NCBI RefSeq assembly: GCF_001194135.2
Contig: NC_068981.1
Coordinates: 14,210,550-14,256,047 of the forward strand
Length of the DNA: 45,498 nt
From: Octopus bimaculoides
Lineage: Eukaryota
Direction of reading: 5' to 3'
Positions 24,957-38,642 of the stretch are shown piece after piece. Numbering within the stretch: the first letter of the stretch is position 1; each line of letters opens with the position of its first letter. Made by a program: the position numbers and the translations under genes. The notes under the pieces were generated by a model. It did no database searches, had not been told where the DNA came from, and saw only the letters and a program-made list of their open reading frames with translations.

Positions 24957-25094
24957 AATCCACTTACAAAGGTTTGGTCAGCCCGAGGCTACAATAGAAA
25001 AATCTGGTAAAGCACCACTATCACGCAGAGAGACTGAACCCGGAACCATGCGGTTGGGAAAGAAACTTCTTAACGCACAGCTACGCCTGAGCCT
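24956..25094 (-). mobile_element. SINE family A 5' half
   Basis: aaatccacttacaaaggtttggtcagcccgaggct...gactgaacccggaaccatgcggttgg...gcctgagcct matches the head of the 39229 copy. Confidence 0.8.
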
Positions 25095-25613
25095 AGTGAA
25101 CAAATCCATTTCTAACTGATAATCACAACCACATTCTTCGTATATGAAAAGGCTCTCAACACAGGTGACACTGAAATGAACATCTACAGTTCGAAATGAT
25201 CACATTAAATAGTGAATTTCTAACCACATAACAAAATATCTGAGTCATAACTGGGATTTAGTACATTGATCAGTCAATTGTATTAGGGAAAGCAAGAACA
25301 TGATGAACAGCTAAATACATACCTTCACTATTAAAGATCTTAGTGAAAACTCGGTATCATTTTCTACACATACACACATACATGCATGCGCACACTCGCA
25401 TGCACATACACATGTATATAGGTAATAATTTTAAACTTTGATATACACCTTGTTGCTTGCCGTTTAAAAGCCGTTCACTGTATTCAGTTATCTGATGTCA
25501 TCAACCGTATGAATTTAAATGGCACTGGATTTACTTCAGGACATCCTCCGTACTCGTAGAGTTTATAAAATAAGTGAGAAGGAACAAGAAAATTCAAGAG
25601 ATTCCTTATTAAT

Positions 25614-25954
25614 CACTACGATCGTTTCGACCAATCTTACATCAGCGACTCGTGAGTGAGATTCTGTGCAAACAACTGTGGTATACCATTGGGGCAGATA
25701 CGTCTCGTCAGGTAACTTGTCAAAATGAACTTTTTTTAATCTTCGTTTCACTTATTTCGATTACAATGCAGTTTGATAGTTATATGCAGATACTGGCATA
25801 CACAAGAAACTAAGCGAAACAGTGATCAAAAAGCGAGGTACCTTTTGGCAAGTCACCTGACGAGACACATCTGCACCAAAGGTGCAGTACAACTGTTTGT
25901 ACAACATATCACCTGCGAGGCACTGATGCATGATGGGTCGGAACGACCGTAGTA
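25614..25954. mobile_element. Foldback MITE with CACTA-like terminus
   Basis: 25614-25730 versus the reverse complement of 25838-25954: 88/117 identical with no gaps, by hand count. Left end CACTACG, right end reverse complement TACTACG. AT flanks both sides (25612-25613, 25955-25956). Confidence 0.85.
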
Positions 25955-26046
25955 ATAAATTTAAAAAATCATGTGAATTCCATTTCTTTATGTTTTATAT
26001 CTTATGCTCATGCGTGTGCCTGTGTGCGTGTGTGTGTGTGTGTGAG

Positions 26047-26150
<104 letters not shown>

Positions 26151-26400
26151 GATGAATTATTGGAAGAAAATGGCATTGTATTATTGAAAGGAAAGGATGT
26201 TAGAAAATAGGAAAGTTATTTCGTAGATGAAAAGTAAAATAAGTTAACATCGTTTACAAATTGCTGTTCACCGTAAAGAAAATGTAACCATAGGATGAAT
26301 AACGAATTACGTTTAAAATAAATCAAACGACTAAGGATTGTTGCTTAATATTTCAGACGGACATATTTTTATGGTTGAGGTAATTAAGTAGTTCGTTTGT

Positions 26401-26500
26401 GTTGTAGAAGACACTTACCCTAGGTGTCACGCTGTGGAACGGAACACGGAACCATGTGGTTGGTAAGCAAGCCACTTACCACTAAGCCACTCCTGCGCCT
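26401..26500 (-). mobile_element. SINE family A head (tRNA-like part)
   Basis: gtagaagacacttaccc...ggaaccatgtggttggtaagcaagccacttaccactaagccactcctgcgcct is nearly identical to 39538-39635. Confidence 0.85.
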
Positions 26501-26742
26501 ATACTGAAATTATTTAAAGATCAATCAGTTGCTTATGTTATCCCTTGTGGAATGAGAAGGATACACCTTGTGTGAGAAAATTTTCAACAAACCGTGAAAC
26601 AGTCTCTCCGGAGGTTCTCACCGTTTGTTGTGGGGACATGAGAATCATAGAAGGAAAGTATTTTTACATTCCTGTATCGTCCTTTATCGCAGCTAAGGAT
26701 TTCATGATACTTATGGCTGTTTGGCATAAAATACATGTATAT

Positions 26743-26790
26743 GTGCACACACAATGTGGTCACGTGCACACACAATGTGGTCACGTGCGC
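26743..26790 (+). repeat. 21-bp tandem duplication
   Basis: gtgcacacacaatgtggtcac at 26743-26763 and 26764-26784, plus a partial third copy. Confidence 0.9.
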
Positions 26791-26891
26791 ACACACATGT
26801 ATACTTGCTTACTCACATATACATGTGTAATGGATGTATGTGTGCGCGCGTGCGTTTGTTCAAGCTTTTGAATGGATGTGTTTTGCATGTT

Positions 26892-26985
26892 CTAGTGGTT
26901 AGGGTGTTGCACCTAAGATCTCGAAGTCGTAGTTTCAAATCTTGGACTAAGTGGTGGCGTTGTGCTCTTGGGCAAAACACGTCTG
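26892..26985 (+). mobile_element. tRNA-derived SINE family B head fragment
   Basis: tagtggttagggtgtt (A-box like), gtagtttcaaatc (B-box like) and gcgttgtgctcttgggcaaaacac parallel the head at 29372-29475. Confidence 0.55.
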
Positions 26986-27096
26986 AAGTGGGCTAATGGA
27001 CAACACAGACATTTGATCACTATAAACAAATCATTCGTGCTGCTTCTTTTGCAAGAGACTGCAGAACCATCTCTCTCAAACTAAAATGACGACTAT

Positions 27097-27302
<206 letters not shown>

Positions 27303-27920
27303 ATGGACTGTGTGTGTATAATTGTGAGCATACGTGAGCAGCCGTGTATTGTGTGTTAATAATATAAAGTTTAATTTTCTTGCAAGCCAGACGCTTGTAT
27401 TAACTTGTAACATTTACACAAGTCCTCAACTTGTGAAATGTTTTAATATAATTGCAGACACTTATATTAACTTACAACTTGTGTTAATATAAGTACAGAC
27501 ACTTATATAAACTTCAGACATTTGAACAAGTCCTTAACATTCGGCGAAGTTTCTTGTCTCTTAAGCTCGTCTGGTTCTTTCTGGTATTTTGTTCTATTAT
27601 CTTGAGAAGATTAAAAGTCAAATGGCCCTGATGGGATTTCAAATCGGAGCTTACTCATATATCTCATAGATAACAATTCCTTTCAGCGTATATCTTCTGG
27701 TTTTATGTTCTGATTTTTTATTCGCGCTGGGTTCTACTTTGTGTATCATATTTACAGTATCAATAATTTAAAATATGAGTTAATTGCTGGGGCGATATGA
27801 TAGACTATACATTTCTCTATATTGTTTGATTGTGTGCCTTTGGTACACATCAATAATTAGGAGATTAAATATAAGCCTACCGATAACATAAGTTATATTT
27901 GGTTGACATACTAGTTACTG

Positions 27921-27971
<51 letters not shown>

Positions 27972-29371
27972 NNNNNNNNNNNNNNNNNNNNNNNNNNNNN
28001 NNNNNNNNNNNNNNNNNNNNNNNNNNNNNNNNNNNNNNNNNNNNNNNNNNNNNNNNNNNNNNNNNNNNNNNNNNNNNNNNNNNNNNNNNNNNNNNNNNNN
28101 NNNNNNNNNNNNNNNNNNNNNNNNNNNNNNNNNNNNNNNNNNNNNNNNNNNNNNNNNNNNNNNNNNNNNNNNNNNNNNNNNNNNNNNNNNNNNNNNNNNN
28201 NNNNNNNNNNNNNNNNNNNNNNNNNNNNNNNNNNNNNNNNNNNNNNNNNNNNNNNNNNNNNNNNNNNNNNNNNNNNNNNNNNNNNNNNNNNNNNNNNNNN
28301 NNNNNNNNNNNNNNNNNNNNNNNNNNNNNNNNNNNNNNNNNNNNNNNNNNNNNNNNNNNNNNNNNNNNNNNNNNNNNNNNNNNNNNNNNNNNNNNNNNNN
28401 NNNNNNNNNNNNNNNNNNNNNNNTATATATATATATATATATATATTACCCTTAAGTATACATAGATTTGTTAGTCTCTTACCGTTCTACATATCCCTCA
28501 ACTTTTTATCAAGACTGATACTTTTGTTTCCAAAATGATCTTTCCATAAACAGTTTTACCTCATTCCTCATTTGATATCAATACAAATCCCATACATCAA
28601 TTTAACCAGGTTTTGATCCTACCTCATTTTGCTTTATAACGTTTACCACTTAATATTATCGTAGTTTCCAGGTGTAAAGTAATGTAGTCTACTTCTATAA
28701 CTTCCCCGTTGCTTCAGGCCACGCACAGATCGCATATGTGCTGATGTGTTTCAATGATTACATTTCATTTATAATATGAAGTACAAAATTTAAAATGATA
28801 TCCGTAGGGATAATAGCGCTAATTAATTTTAAATGATTTTTCCCCTTCTTATTTCCTACATACCAACAAAAAATAGAGCTCATCCGATTTGTTGGTAGAA
28901 AAAATCAATAACAATTACAAATGTATTGGTTTGAAAATAAAAGTCAAAATAGAACAGGATTCATAGTAAATATAACAGATCTTAATTTACAACATTATTC
29001 AAGGCAAGTTTACATAAACGTATTTTGTGAAAATATATCTAAACATTTTTGGCTTAACAAAAAATATTTATGTATGTAATGTAGTTAATAGAATAATATG
29101 TTGAATGATATCTTAAAGAAACCATGATTATATTAGTGTTTTTAAAGACAAACTTATTTACGACACGTAGATAACGTACGTGTTTATAAACTCGTGAATG
29201 TTATTCTATGGAGGCTAGGTAAGTGTCGAAGTTAGCTGCTATCAAGAACCAAGCGTAATGGATGAAAGAAAAAAGATATGAACATGTGTTCTCATAAATA
29301 GTTAAAACGTGTCACGGCGGATGATTTTATTTAGTGAGTCCAAGCTGTTCCATTATATCGTAATGAAATTG

Positions 29372-29696
29372 TGGAGGAACGTGGCTTTGTTGATATAATG
29401 GTTTGACTCACGATGTTAAAATCGCAGTTTCAATCCCTGGACCAGGCATAGCGTTGTCTTCTTGAGTAAATCACTTTACTTCATGATGCTTTAGTACACT
29501 GAGCTGGCAAAAATGTCTCGTACTTGTTGTTCAAAGGATCAGCCTTGTCATATTTTTGTCATGCTGAATTTTCCTGAGAACTACGTTAAGTGTAGACGTG
29601 TTTGTGGAGTGCCCGGTCACTTGGATGATACTTTCATGAGTAGGCTGTTCCTTAGACCGGATCAACTGGAACTCACTTCGTAACTAACACAATGTC
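29372..29696 (+). mobile_element. tRNA-derived SINE family B, near full length
   Basis: tRNA-like head, then gcgttgtcttcttgagtaaatcactt and cactgagctggcaaaaatg, then a body ending ggatcaactggaac. Recognised as a common octopus repeat from memory; the head is shared with 26892. Confidence 0.65.
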
Positions 29697-29768
29697 CGTT
29701 AGTCCGTACTGTTCCATTGAATCCTGGTCAAATTCCACTCTAACACTGAACTGTCTTTTATTACTTGT

Positions 29769-29890
29769 GAGCGGATTTGCTCGACGGAAACTGAAATATA
29801 TATATTTATATATATACACATGTATAAGTTTGACAACCGATGCTGGTGTGTTTACCTCTCCATAACTTAGCGGCTCGAGAAAATTATAAC
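29769..29890 (+). mobile_element. SINE family A internal fragment
   Basis: gacggaaactgaaa, a TA linker, then tgacaaccgatgctggtgtgtttac...taacttagcgg, collinear with 42577-42705. Confidence 0.75.
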
Positions 29891-32694
29891 CAATGAATAC
29901 TATGGAGCAATCACTGTGCTGCGAGTGAATTTGTTGTTAGCTGTAGTCGTTCCCACCGTATCTGAGACATTAAAAATATTTTTTATTAAAGCAGTTTTTC
30001 CTGAATAGGTTATTTCAGGGCTAATTACTGGTACAGTACTTACTTTACAGCTACTAAAAAAAAAATGATTAGTTCAAGTTAACTATATTAAATAGTGTTG
30101 AAATTGTTATTAATAAACCACGCAGGATGATAAAAACATTTGGTCTAGAGTCACAATATCTAACTCAACAAAGCTCACTGATATTGTAGTGTGAAAGTCT
30201 TGTCGCGAAAACCAGTGCGTGACTCCGGACTGCTCTGGTTTCGGAGTGGAGGGGCCCGAAACAGCTACAGAGGTGCTACACTGCCCGATGAGATATCGAT
30301 ACCTGCGATCGGAGACGGAGTAAAAAGCACCACCAGGATAAAAGTTAACCCTAAATATTTCAGACGTTTTCCGTTATTTTATTTTGAATAACATTGGTAA
30401 AATACCAGAAGTAGTCTTTGATGATATTTTGTAGTAGTTGATTAAAAAATTGCATTAAATATTATTAAATTACTTTACCGAGGACCAAGGTGTGTTACTT
30501 TGTTCAATCAAGTTTTAAATATCATTAATAACTTACATCAGTGTGCTGATGGCAGATTTATTGAATATTTTATAAATAAATAAAGCAATAATAATTTTTT
30601 TTAAAGTGTATTGCTTAAACAGAGATTTAATCCGAGCTGTATTTTAACAGTGCAGCTCAAAGTCGATTCACGTTTTTGCTTCGTTTCTTTAGCATGAAAT
30701 TGTGTCTTAGGGAGATCCTAAAAATGAAATTAAATAAGATGCCCTTAAACTAAAATGCTTTCCATGTTAAAATAAGTTTGAGGTGATCCTCAAATAAAAC
30801 GTATAGCCCCAGCTCACCTTTAATCGGTCAAACTTATGATTGAATACAGTATAAAAGTGATCATACCATGTATTTTTGTCAAAGATAATTTTAGATTTTT
30901 CTCCTTTATAAATTACACTGCAGTGTGTGATTTGGGAAACGAAGGTTGCTATTTCTACTAGTTTGACCGACAGCATAGAAGATTGCTTGTTGACACGTTG
31001 TTGTTGGTCGACTGTGCAGCTGCTTCTTTTATATAAACCTAGGGAGCTCTGACTCCGCTGACCTATAAACAGATTAACTTGAGGTAAAGTTACGGCATGT
31101 TGAAAGTACACCCCACTGCGTACTCACAGCAATGTTTCACAAAGAATTTCAGTCGCCACCTCATATATAAAATGATGCAAAAAGATTGATTTTTTCCCGA
31201 CGACCAAATAGTGTCATGATAAATCCAGATTTTCATGAATTAGGAAACGACATAATGTTTTCCAAATTCGATTTCGAAGATGTAATGTGTATTGTCAACT
31301 GAGAGCTGAGAGAGTGACAAGCTAATACGAACAGACACTTCAGACACATGTCAAAAGGGTTTAGGAAAACATGTTACTATTGAAAATCATCGATCGACAG
31401 AGAAATAATATATTTGCAGTTATCTGTCTATTTGTGTGTGTCTAGATTTGCGCATGTGTCTGTAGATTTGTGCATATGGTAACTACATATGTCGAATAAT
31501 ATTAAATTGAAGTAATATTTTATATACTCACACAATCACTAAGAACGTGACAAATTTTGCATACAAATACATTTTGCTCGTCTCTAAACAAGTGTGTATG
31601 AATATGCGTGGTAACAAGTGTTTGAATGTGTATGATTCATGTTAGATTTTGTACAATTCACCTTCAACTGTATGCTGTCATATAAGTTCCAATACACATA
31701 CATTTATTTGCAATACTGTATTTCTCTTTGTACATACATACACGCAAAGATACATTTATGCGTGTGGGTGTTGAGCGATTGTTAGTGTGAGAGTGAATTT
31801 TGTAGACGTGTGTCAATGAATATATGAAGAAACATGTCTGAAACATACTTTAAAAACTATATATATATAAATCAGTGTCCATTCTCAGTGAATCACATTT
31901 TGTTGGTATGGAAATAAAGCATGCTATATGTCTCAGTAGATCAGGTTATTTGTTTCCTAACGAAAAAGCCTAACTTCATATTGCTGTACCAAGGGAAATT
32001 CAGCTTGACACGTCATATCTCTCTCCTGTCTATATAGACTTTATAGCCCTGATGTTTAAGGGAAGTAAAATTTGAGAACCGTGAATAACGCATTCATAAA
32101 CTTATCGTCCTTTTACAGTATGACTTAATGTAATATATTCTATTCGATATACAAAAGTAAATGGCATACTTGACAATATATCAAGAATACTGCATTTTTA
32201 TGTTTTTTTTTGTTCTAAAGTCTGCAAGAGAAAATTCATTAAGCAACGCTTATGTTATAGGTACAAACTAAATTAGTCGTATGCGCATGTCTGAGTCGGA
32301 AACGTTTCAAATTTAGTGGCAAACTTTGCTAAATATTTGCGTGATTCGAGGATGTTAAAGAAACTAAATCTTTAAAAGTTTAATCTACTTTTCACAGCGC
32401 ACCAACACGTAGCTTTCAAATTAAGCATTCTTTTGGGCTGTAAGAACATGAAAATCAATCGCGAATTGTAGATTGCAGGTGAATAGATCTCTCGTTAAAA
32501 CTATACTAATTACAACATCAGCCTACAGAGAAACAAAGTAAAGTTTTACATATGCTACTGCTAAATAATTAGAGCCTGTATATGGTGACTATATCTGCTA
32601 GAAATAGCAGACACATGTTTAGAAATTTAACATCATTGCCTCAAACAAGAGGTGCCACATTACATAATGGTTTCAAATTTTGGCAACAATTTTA

Positions 32695-32875
32695 AGGGGT
32701 GGAGAAATTATTTTACACCGATCCCTATACTTGACTGGTACTTATTTTATCCAACTCGAAAGGACTAAAGGCAAAGTTGGCCTAGGCGAACTTTGAGCTC
32801 AACACGTAAAAAAACTGACGAAATGCAGGTAAGCACTTTGTCCGGCCTGCTAATGGTTCTGCTAGTAGGCTGCTT
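32695..32875 (-). mobile_element. tRNA-derived SINE family C, diverged
   Basis: cttgactggtacttattttatcc...gaaaggactaaaggcaaagt...ctttgagctc. The minus strand gives a tRNA-like head, then gcctttagtcctttcg..ataaaataagtaccagt. Family recognised from memory. Confidence 0.55.
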
Positions 32876-33840
32876 TTCCTATATTGTAAAAGTTAGGTTT
32901 GTATAACAAACGCGTATATCACACTAAGTAATTGCTCTATAAGGTAATGACTGAGCCACTGTGAGGTAGCTTGGGCGATCAGAAACAGTGGAAAAGTTTC
33001 ACTAAACTACAACCAATAGTCTAAATTTAAGATGAATTGTATAACCATGAATTCATCCACAAATGTGAGAATATGGCTTCGAATAACTTACTTTCTTCAT
33101 CATGTGTTTGAATGATGATATCAGTCAGAATAAAACAACGATAACTGATACTTATTTTATAACACTGGAGAGAGTGAAATGGGATAACTGATTATCGTCT
33201 GGTTTGAGCGTGTAACTATGATACTAGGATATTGAGTGGCTGCAGATATTTGTTAGTTCATTATATTTCGTAAATTTTACTAAAAGCGGTTTCATATAAA
33301 TGGATAAATGGTATAAACGCTAACGAAACAAATCTAAAAAAAAAAAGACAAAAATACTTTTACCATTCTATTACTAAATACAGGAGATTTTGCATCAATC
33401 ATGTCTTTCTTCAGCATGCAAGTAAAGGAAATTAGATGGTTTCACTATGTAATGGCATTCATCACACAACATATATTCATATCTTACTGGTGCTCTACTC
33501 ATTCTACAACGTCCGATACTGTATTACACATTCATATAAATTCATAAAGTGATCATATTCTTCCGTTAACCATTCGCATAATATAAGATTTCGTAGCAAC
33601 TTCTAAACGCTATAAAGGCTTTCCAGCTCGCTGGATTCAGTATATCTTCTCACAATTGAATGCATTTTATAGGATTATTTTTTTCAAAAAATATTTCTAC
33701 ATATTTATATAAAATATAAAGCATAAAGCGCTCTATCATTTGCTCTCATCCCGAACATAGGTTTATGACTTTAGCTGGTGTAAAGCCATTAAACATGTTA
33801 ACTCACCGATGTACGCCTTTCTATTGATAGAAGCTAGTGT

Positions 33841-33845
<5 letters not shown>

Positions 33846-33914
<69 letters not shown>

Positions 33915-33950
33915 GTGGTGGTGGTGTTGTTGGTGGTTTTATTATTATTG
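33846..33950 (+). repeat. Compound (ATT)n(GTT)n(GGT)n microsatellite
   Basis: Seen directly; source of the poly-Leu ORF 33837..34157. Confidence 0.95.
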
Positions 33951-34912
33951 GTAAACAAACATAGTAGCAATATCCTAAACCAAGATCAGTGGCGCAAGAA
34001 GAAAAATATTCTAATAATTCATTCGTTTATATTGAAATGTATATTTTTTCAACTACTTTGTCCGACAATATATTCGAAAGAACACACAAACATAAATAAA
34101 TGTGAATGCAGTAGTAACAAGATTTTATTTCAGGATCCCTTTCAACAGATATATTGAGTGGGAATGCGGAAATATAAATGTTATAGCAAATGAGAAATAA
34201 ATCAGTGATTCTGTACCATTCGTAATCGTTGAGCAACCAGTAGAATCAAAGTGAATAAAGCTGCTGGAATATATGGCTTCATAGCGGATAAATGAAATCT
34301 CTAGATATCGTTCAAAACTCTATGAACTTACGATTAGCTCTTCATACTTTATACAACGAGTGCTGCTTTCATATATTCACATGCGAAATATTTTTAATCT
34401 CAAAAACCCTCAATGTCTGAATGTGCGAAGCTATTCTTTTGGAAATAATATACACACACACGTATGATACCTACATATATACATCATGTACACACACACA
34501 CTTATATATTTATTTATATACTCACACATACAAACGCATTCACACACACACACACACATATGAAGTTGGTCATTACCTCTATCCTAACTCAATGTTTTTC
34601 CGCTTGATGCTTTCGTTCAGATTGTGATAAACATGAAAGGCGTATCAAATGCGATGAGAAGCACAATATACTGCATTCGTTACATAGGTGTACGGTGTTG
34701 ATGTAGATTATCCTTTGCATATAATAGAGTCATCGAGGGAGAGAACTCTGTACGAAAACATTAGTCAAGGAAAATAACAATTGTGATATTATATTTAATA
34801 GAACTTTTGTTCATTCAGCTGTGTGTGCGCGCGCGCGCGTAAGTGTGCATTTTTACGTATCTGTCTATCTATCAATACATCCATCCATCTAAACACATAC
34901 TCACACGCACAG

Positions 34913-34965
<53 letters not shown>

Positions 34966-35712
34966 ATGGTCAATGCTGAGTCCAAATGCTTTGAATGCTG
35001 CAGAAATAACATCTACGAGAAGCTGTATGTATTGAACTTAATGAGCATCTAAGTCGCCAATCATCCGCTTGAACGAAGCCACGTATATAAGATTGAGAAA
35101 CATTCGAATTGGTAGCAAAGCGACGCAAGTTAAAACAATGACTAGATGATCGCTTCAACAGATGTATCGCAACAGAACACAGCACGGTAAAATCATGAGT
35201 CAAAGTAACAGTAAAAATACAAAGAAAAGAGAGTTGAAACAAGGATGTCAACTTGCTTCACAAAATTCTCTGCATGTTACCACCGACACTAACACACGCT
35301 CCAATCTATAGAACCAAGTTTGTCGAGCATTTTTCAGAGGGAGCCCATATTCACAGTATAGAAGGATTTGATTTAATCAATGAAACTCTGGACAACATAA
35401 ATATTTTCCTCATAGCACTTCTCATGCGTTTGTCTAGATATGAAAATAATATCCATTGTTCCTCCATTCGAGCGGAAGCCAAAATGAGACTCAGATAGGA
35501 CGTCATTAACATGGTAGTTATTCAAGGAAGGGGAAGGGGAGAGGAATACTTGGCAGAACCTCACCGGCAGCAGACAGTAGAGTTTTATTCTGACTCCTTC
35601 CACTGGCAGGAAGGATCGTTGTATTCTTCCAGCCCTTGGGGACAACACCACTTCTCCGTCACTCCAGGCTACACCAATATGCTCGTGAAGATTCTGTGTG
35701 ACACCACTAGTC
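34966..35712 (-). mobile_element. RTE-clade LINE reverse transcriptase fragment (frameshifts, stops, internal deletions)
   Basis: Minus-strand motifs in RT order: GVVPKGWKNTTILP; LLSAAGEVL; VLSESHFGFRSNGGTMDIIFISRQTHEKCYEEN; FID*IKSFYTVN..L*KMLDKLG; VSTLFSLYF; FNLRRFATNSNVSQSYIRGFVQADD. These match RTE/BovB-type consensus motifs. Confidence 0.9.
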
Positions 35713-36006
35713 AAAGAGAACACACATACATATGCATACATACATATCAATCAGTCTATCTACCTTTCTATATTGCCCCGCCACCTTCCTTTAACCGGTT
35801 TTCCTTGTACTGGTGGCTATGATAAAAGAACGTGTGTGGTGGACTCGTGCGAAAGTTTTAGAGACAAACACTTACCTCTCTGGCCAGTCACTCATCTACT
35901 TTTTCAAGTACCACTTAAAAAGGAAGGTGAGAATAGAAGGTGTGTGAATGTAGCAAAGATCGAACGCGTGAATGACGAAGCCACTTTAAGAGCATGGTCC
36001 TGTAAA

Positions 36007-36009
<3 letters not shown>

Positions 36010-36080
<71 letters not shown>
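36010..36080 (+). repeat. (GA)n microsatellite before a gap
   Basis: Seen directly. Confidence 0.95.
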
Positions 36081-38599
36081 NNNNNNNNNNNNNNNNNNNN
36101 NNNNNNNNNNNNNNNNNNNNNNNNNNNNNNNNNNNNNNNNNNNNNNNNNNNNNNNNNNNNNNNNNNNNNNNNNNNNNNNNNNNNNNNNNNNNNNNNNNNN
36201 NNNNNNNNNNNNNNNNNNNNNNNNNNNNNNNNNNNNNNNNNNNNNNNNNNNNNNNNNNNNNNNNNNNNNNNNNNNNNNNNNNNNNNNNNNNNNNNNNNNN
36301 NNNNNNNNNNNNNNNNNNNNNNNNNNNNNNNNNNNNNNNNNNNNNNNNNNNNNNNNNNNNNNNNNNNNNNNNNNNNNNNNNNNNNNNNNNNNNNNNNNNN
36401 NNNNNNNNNNNNNNNNNNNNNNNATATATATATATATATATATATATATAATACTTTTGTATGCGTTTAGAGTTTTTGAATATACATGTCTGTATCGATT
36501 CTTATTTGTCCAAATCCAACTAATCCGGATGTAAATAATTAGGGCATATGTATGTGAGTATGTATGTACATACGTAGATATGTATATAACCTGGTTCTGT
36601 ATGTAACGTGAGGGATGTTTGAGTTATTAAAGTTTCTCTGTCTTACAAAGATTAGCTGAAATAATAGTCTTTAGAGAAATTTGTTGCGCAATAAAGTGAA
36701 GCAACAATAATAAAGTGATTGGCATTTATGATACGAAGCTGTGCGTGATTGCACACTTTATCTGTCAGGAATAAATTGTAACACACACTACAATTGCGTT
36801 TCTAAGCTAGTGTTTCTTCATAAAACTAGAGGAATCCAGGCAGTTGTTGCTCAATTCAAATATCTCTTATTCATTCAATTTATTTTGATTTGGCATAAAG
36901 CCAATTAAAAAAGGATAACATATATTTGAATAAATTAACCCGAAATATTTCCATGAATGTTTTAATGTCCAAGTGGGCGAAGATAGGCAGCGTTGAGATT
37001 TCAATATAGAAATCTCAATCGCCAATCATTCGATCATAATCAATCTATGTCGGCTTTCTACTGCCTTGCGTCGTTATCCAATAATAGACAAATGATAAAT
37101 GGCACGCACACTGCAGTAAGAGACGGATTCAAAGAGAGAATGGATCATGTAAGAAGACCCTGGTTGTTGAAACAACGCAATTTCATAAATCAATAATGCA
37201 AAATGGTATGAATAAACAATGATATCGGGAAAAATCGAATAATGACAACTTGAAAATAGCCATGAATTCCTAGTTGTAGTAGGGCGATAAATAGATACAC
37301 TGGTTGGAGGAAAGATATATATTTACTACCGGAGCAAAACCAATGTAACGTTATGATTAAATTATATATAATTCGAACAAAAAAACAAAAACAAAAAATA
37401 TAAAGGAAAAAGAAACGAATAATATATGCAGTAATGTTTATTACGTCCCTTTAATGTTGATAATACAATCATCTAATTTACTGTCGTCTCACCAGAGGAG
37501 ATAATTTTATACACAGTTCGGTGAGACTCATAGAGGTCTAGAACGCAACAGAGAGAGACAGGACTGGTCTTAATCATATAATAGGAAATCTCATTCTAAT
37601 TATAAATAAATGCGTTCATATGTATGCATGTTACATACATATACACATACACACACAAATATATATGAGTGCATGTGTGTGCGTGTGTGTTTGTAATGCA
37701 TGCGCGTGTGGTTTGTGTATCTGTGTGAGTGTGTTTGTGTGTCTATGCTTTTATGCGATTATGTAATTGCATCTAGATGTATGTTCATTTTCAAATATTT
37801 GTCTATATTTCTATATCCCATACTTACTAATTCTCTGTATACATACGTACGTACACACACACATACAGGCATATATACACACACAGAAAGAGAGAGAGGG
37901 AGAGAAAGGGACATAAGATAGAAAGAAGGCGAGAGAGATGTTTGCAGGAACAAATATATGTGTATGTCTGGGTAAATATCTGATCACGTACAGACTGAGA
38001 GAAAAAAAGAAAGAGATAGAAATATATAGAAAATGAAGACAAGCAGTTTGCTTTGTCACAGTGGAAAAAGATAGACTAGACTCTGAGACGCAATAAAACT
38101 ATAGTTATATTGGATAATTTTTATGTTGAGAATATATAATAGAACAACGGAGGAGCAAAAGATCAAAGATGCTGCTCTCCTCCACACCTCCAGCCATGAA
38201 ATAAAATACAACCAACGTTTTTGTAGGGAACACATTAACGACTCCTTTTGGGTTATTATTATATTTATTGGATTTATATTATCAGGATTTGATTGACGAT
38301 AATATATTTAAAACAACATTTACAATACGCATTACATTTTTCCTTCACATCAGTCTCAATGATTGGTGATAAATATAGAGATATTTCTTCATAGGATATG
38401 AACAAACAACTACAGATATTATGTTAGTAGTCTCTTCTGAACACTCTTCAGCGCTGTTAGATACCGTTGTGGTAGCATCTCTAGAGATATTAAAAGTGTG
38501 AAAGAGTGATTTGGATACCTGATAATTTTAGTATGTTACCCATCTAAGGGATTTTGTGTGTTATTTTAAATGGCTTATAAACACCTTCCACGCTGCAAT

Positions 38600-38642
<43 letters not shown>

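Noticed and set aside
31026-31035. TATATAAAAG on the minus strand as a TATA box
   Set aside because: Common in AT-rich DNA, spacing to the initiator-like CAGT is too short, and it lies next to a probable repeat.
35873-35910. 38-nt minus-strand segment with good acceptor and GTAAGT donor
   Set aside because: Stops in all frames; a 5' UTR exon cannot be shown without RNA data.
36993-37018. 10-bp hairpin TTGAGATTTC/GAAATCTCAA
   Set aside because: Within chance expectation for AT-rich sequence.
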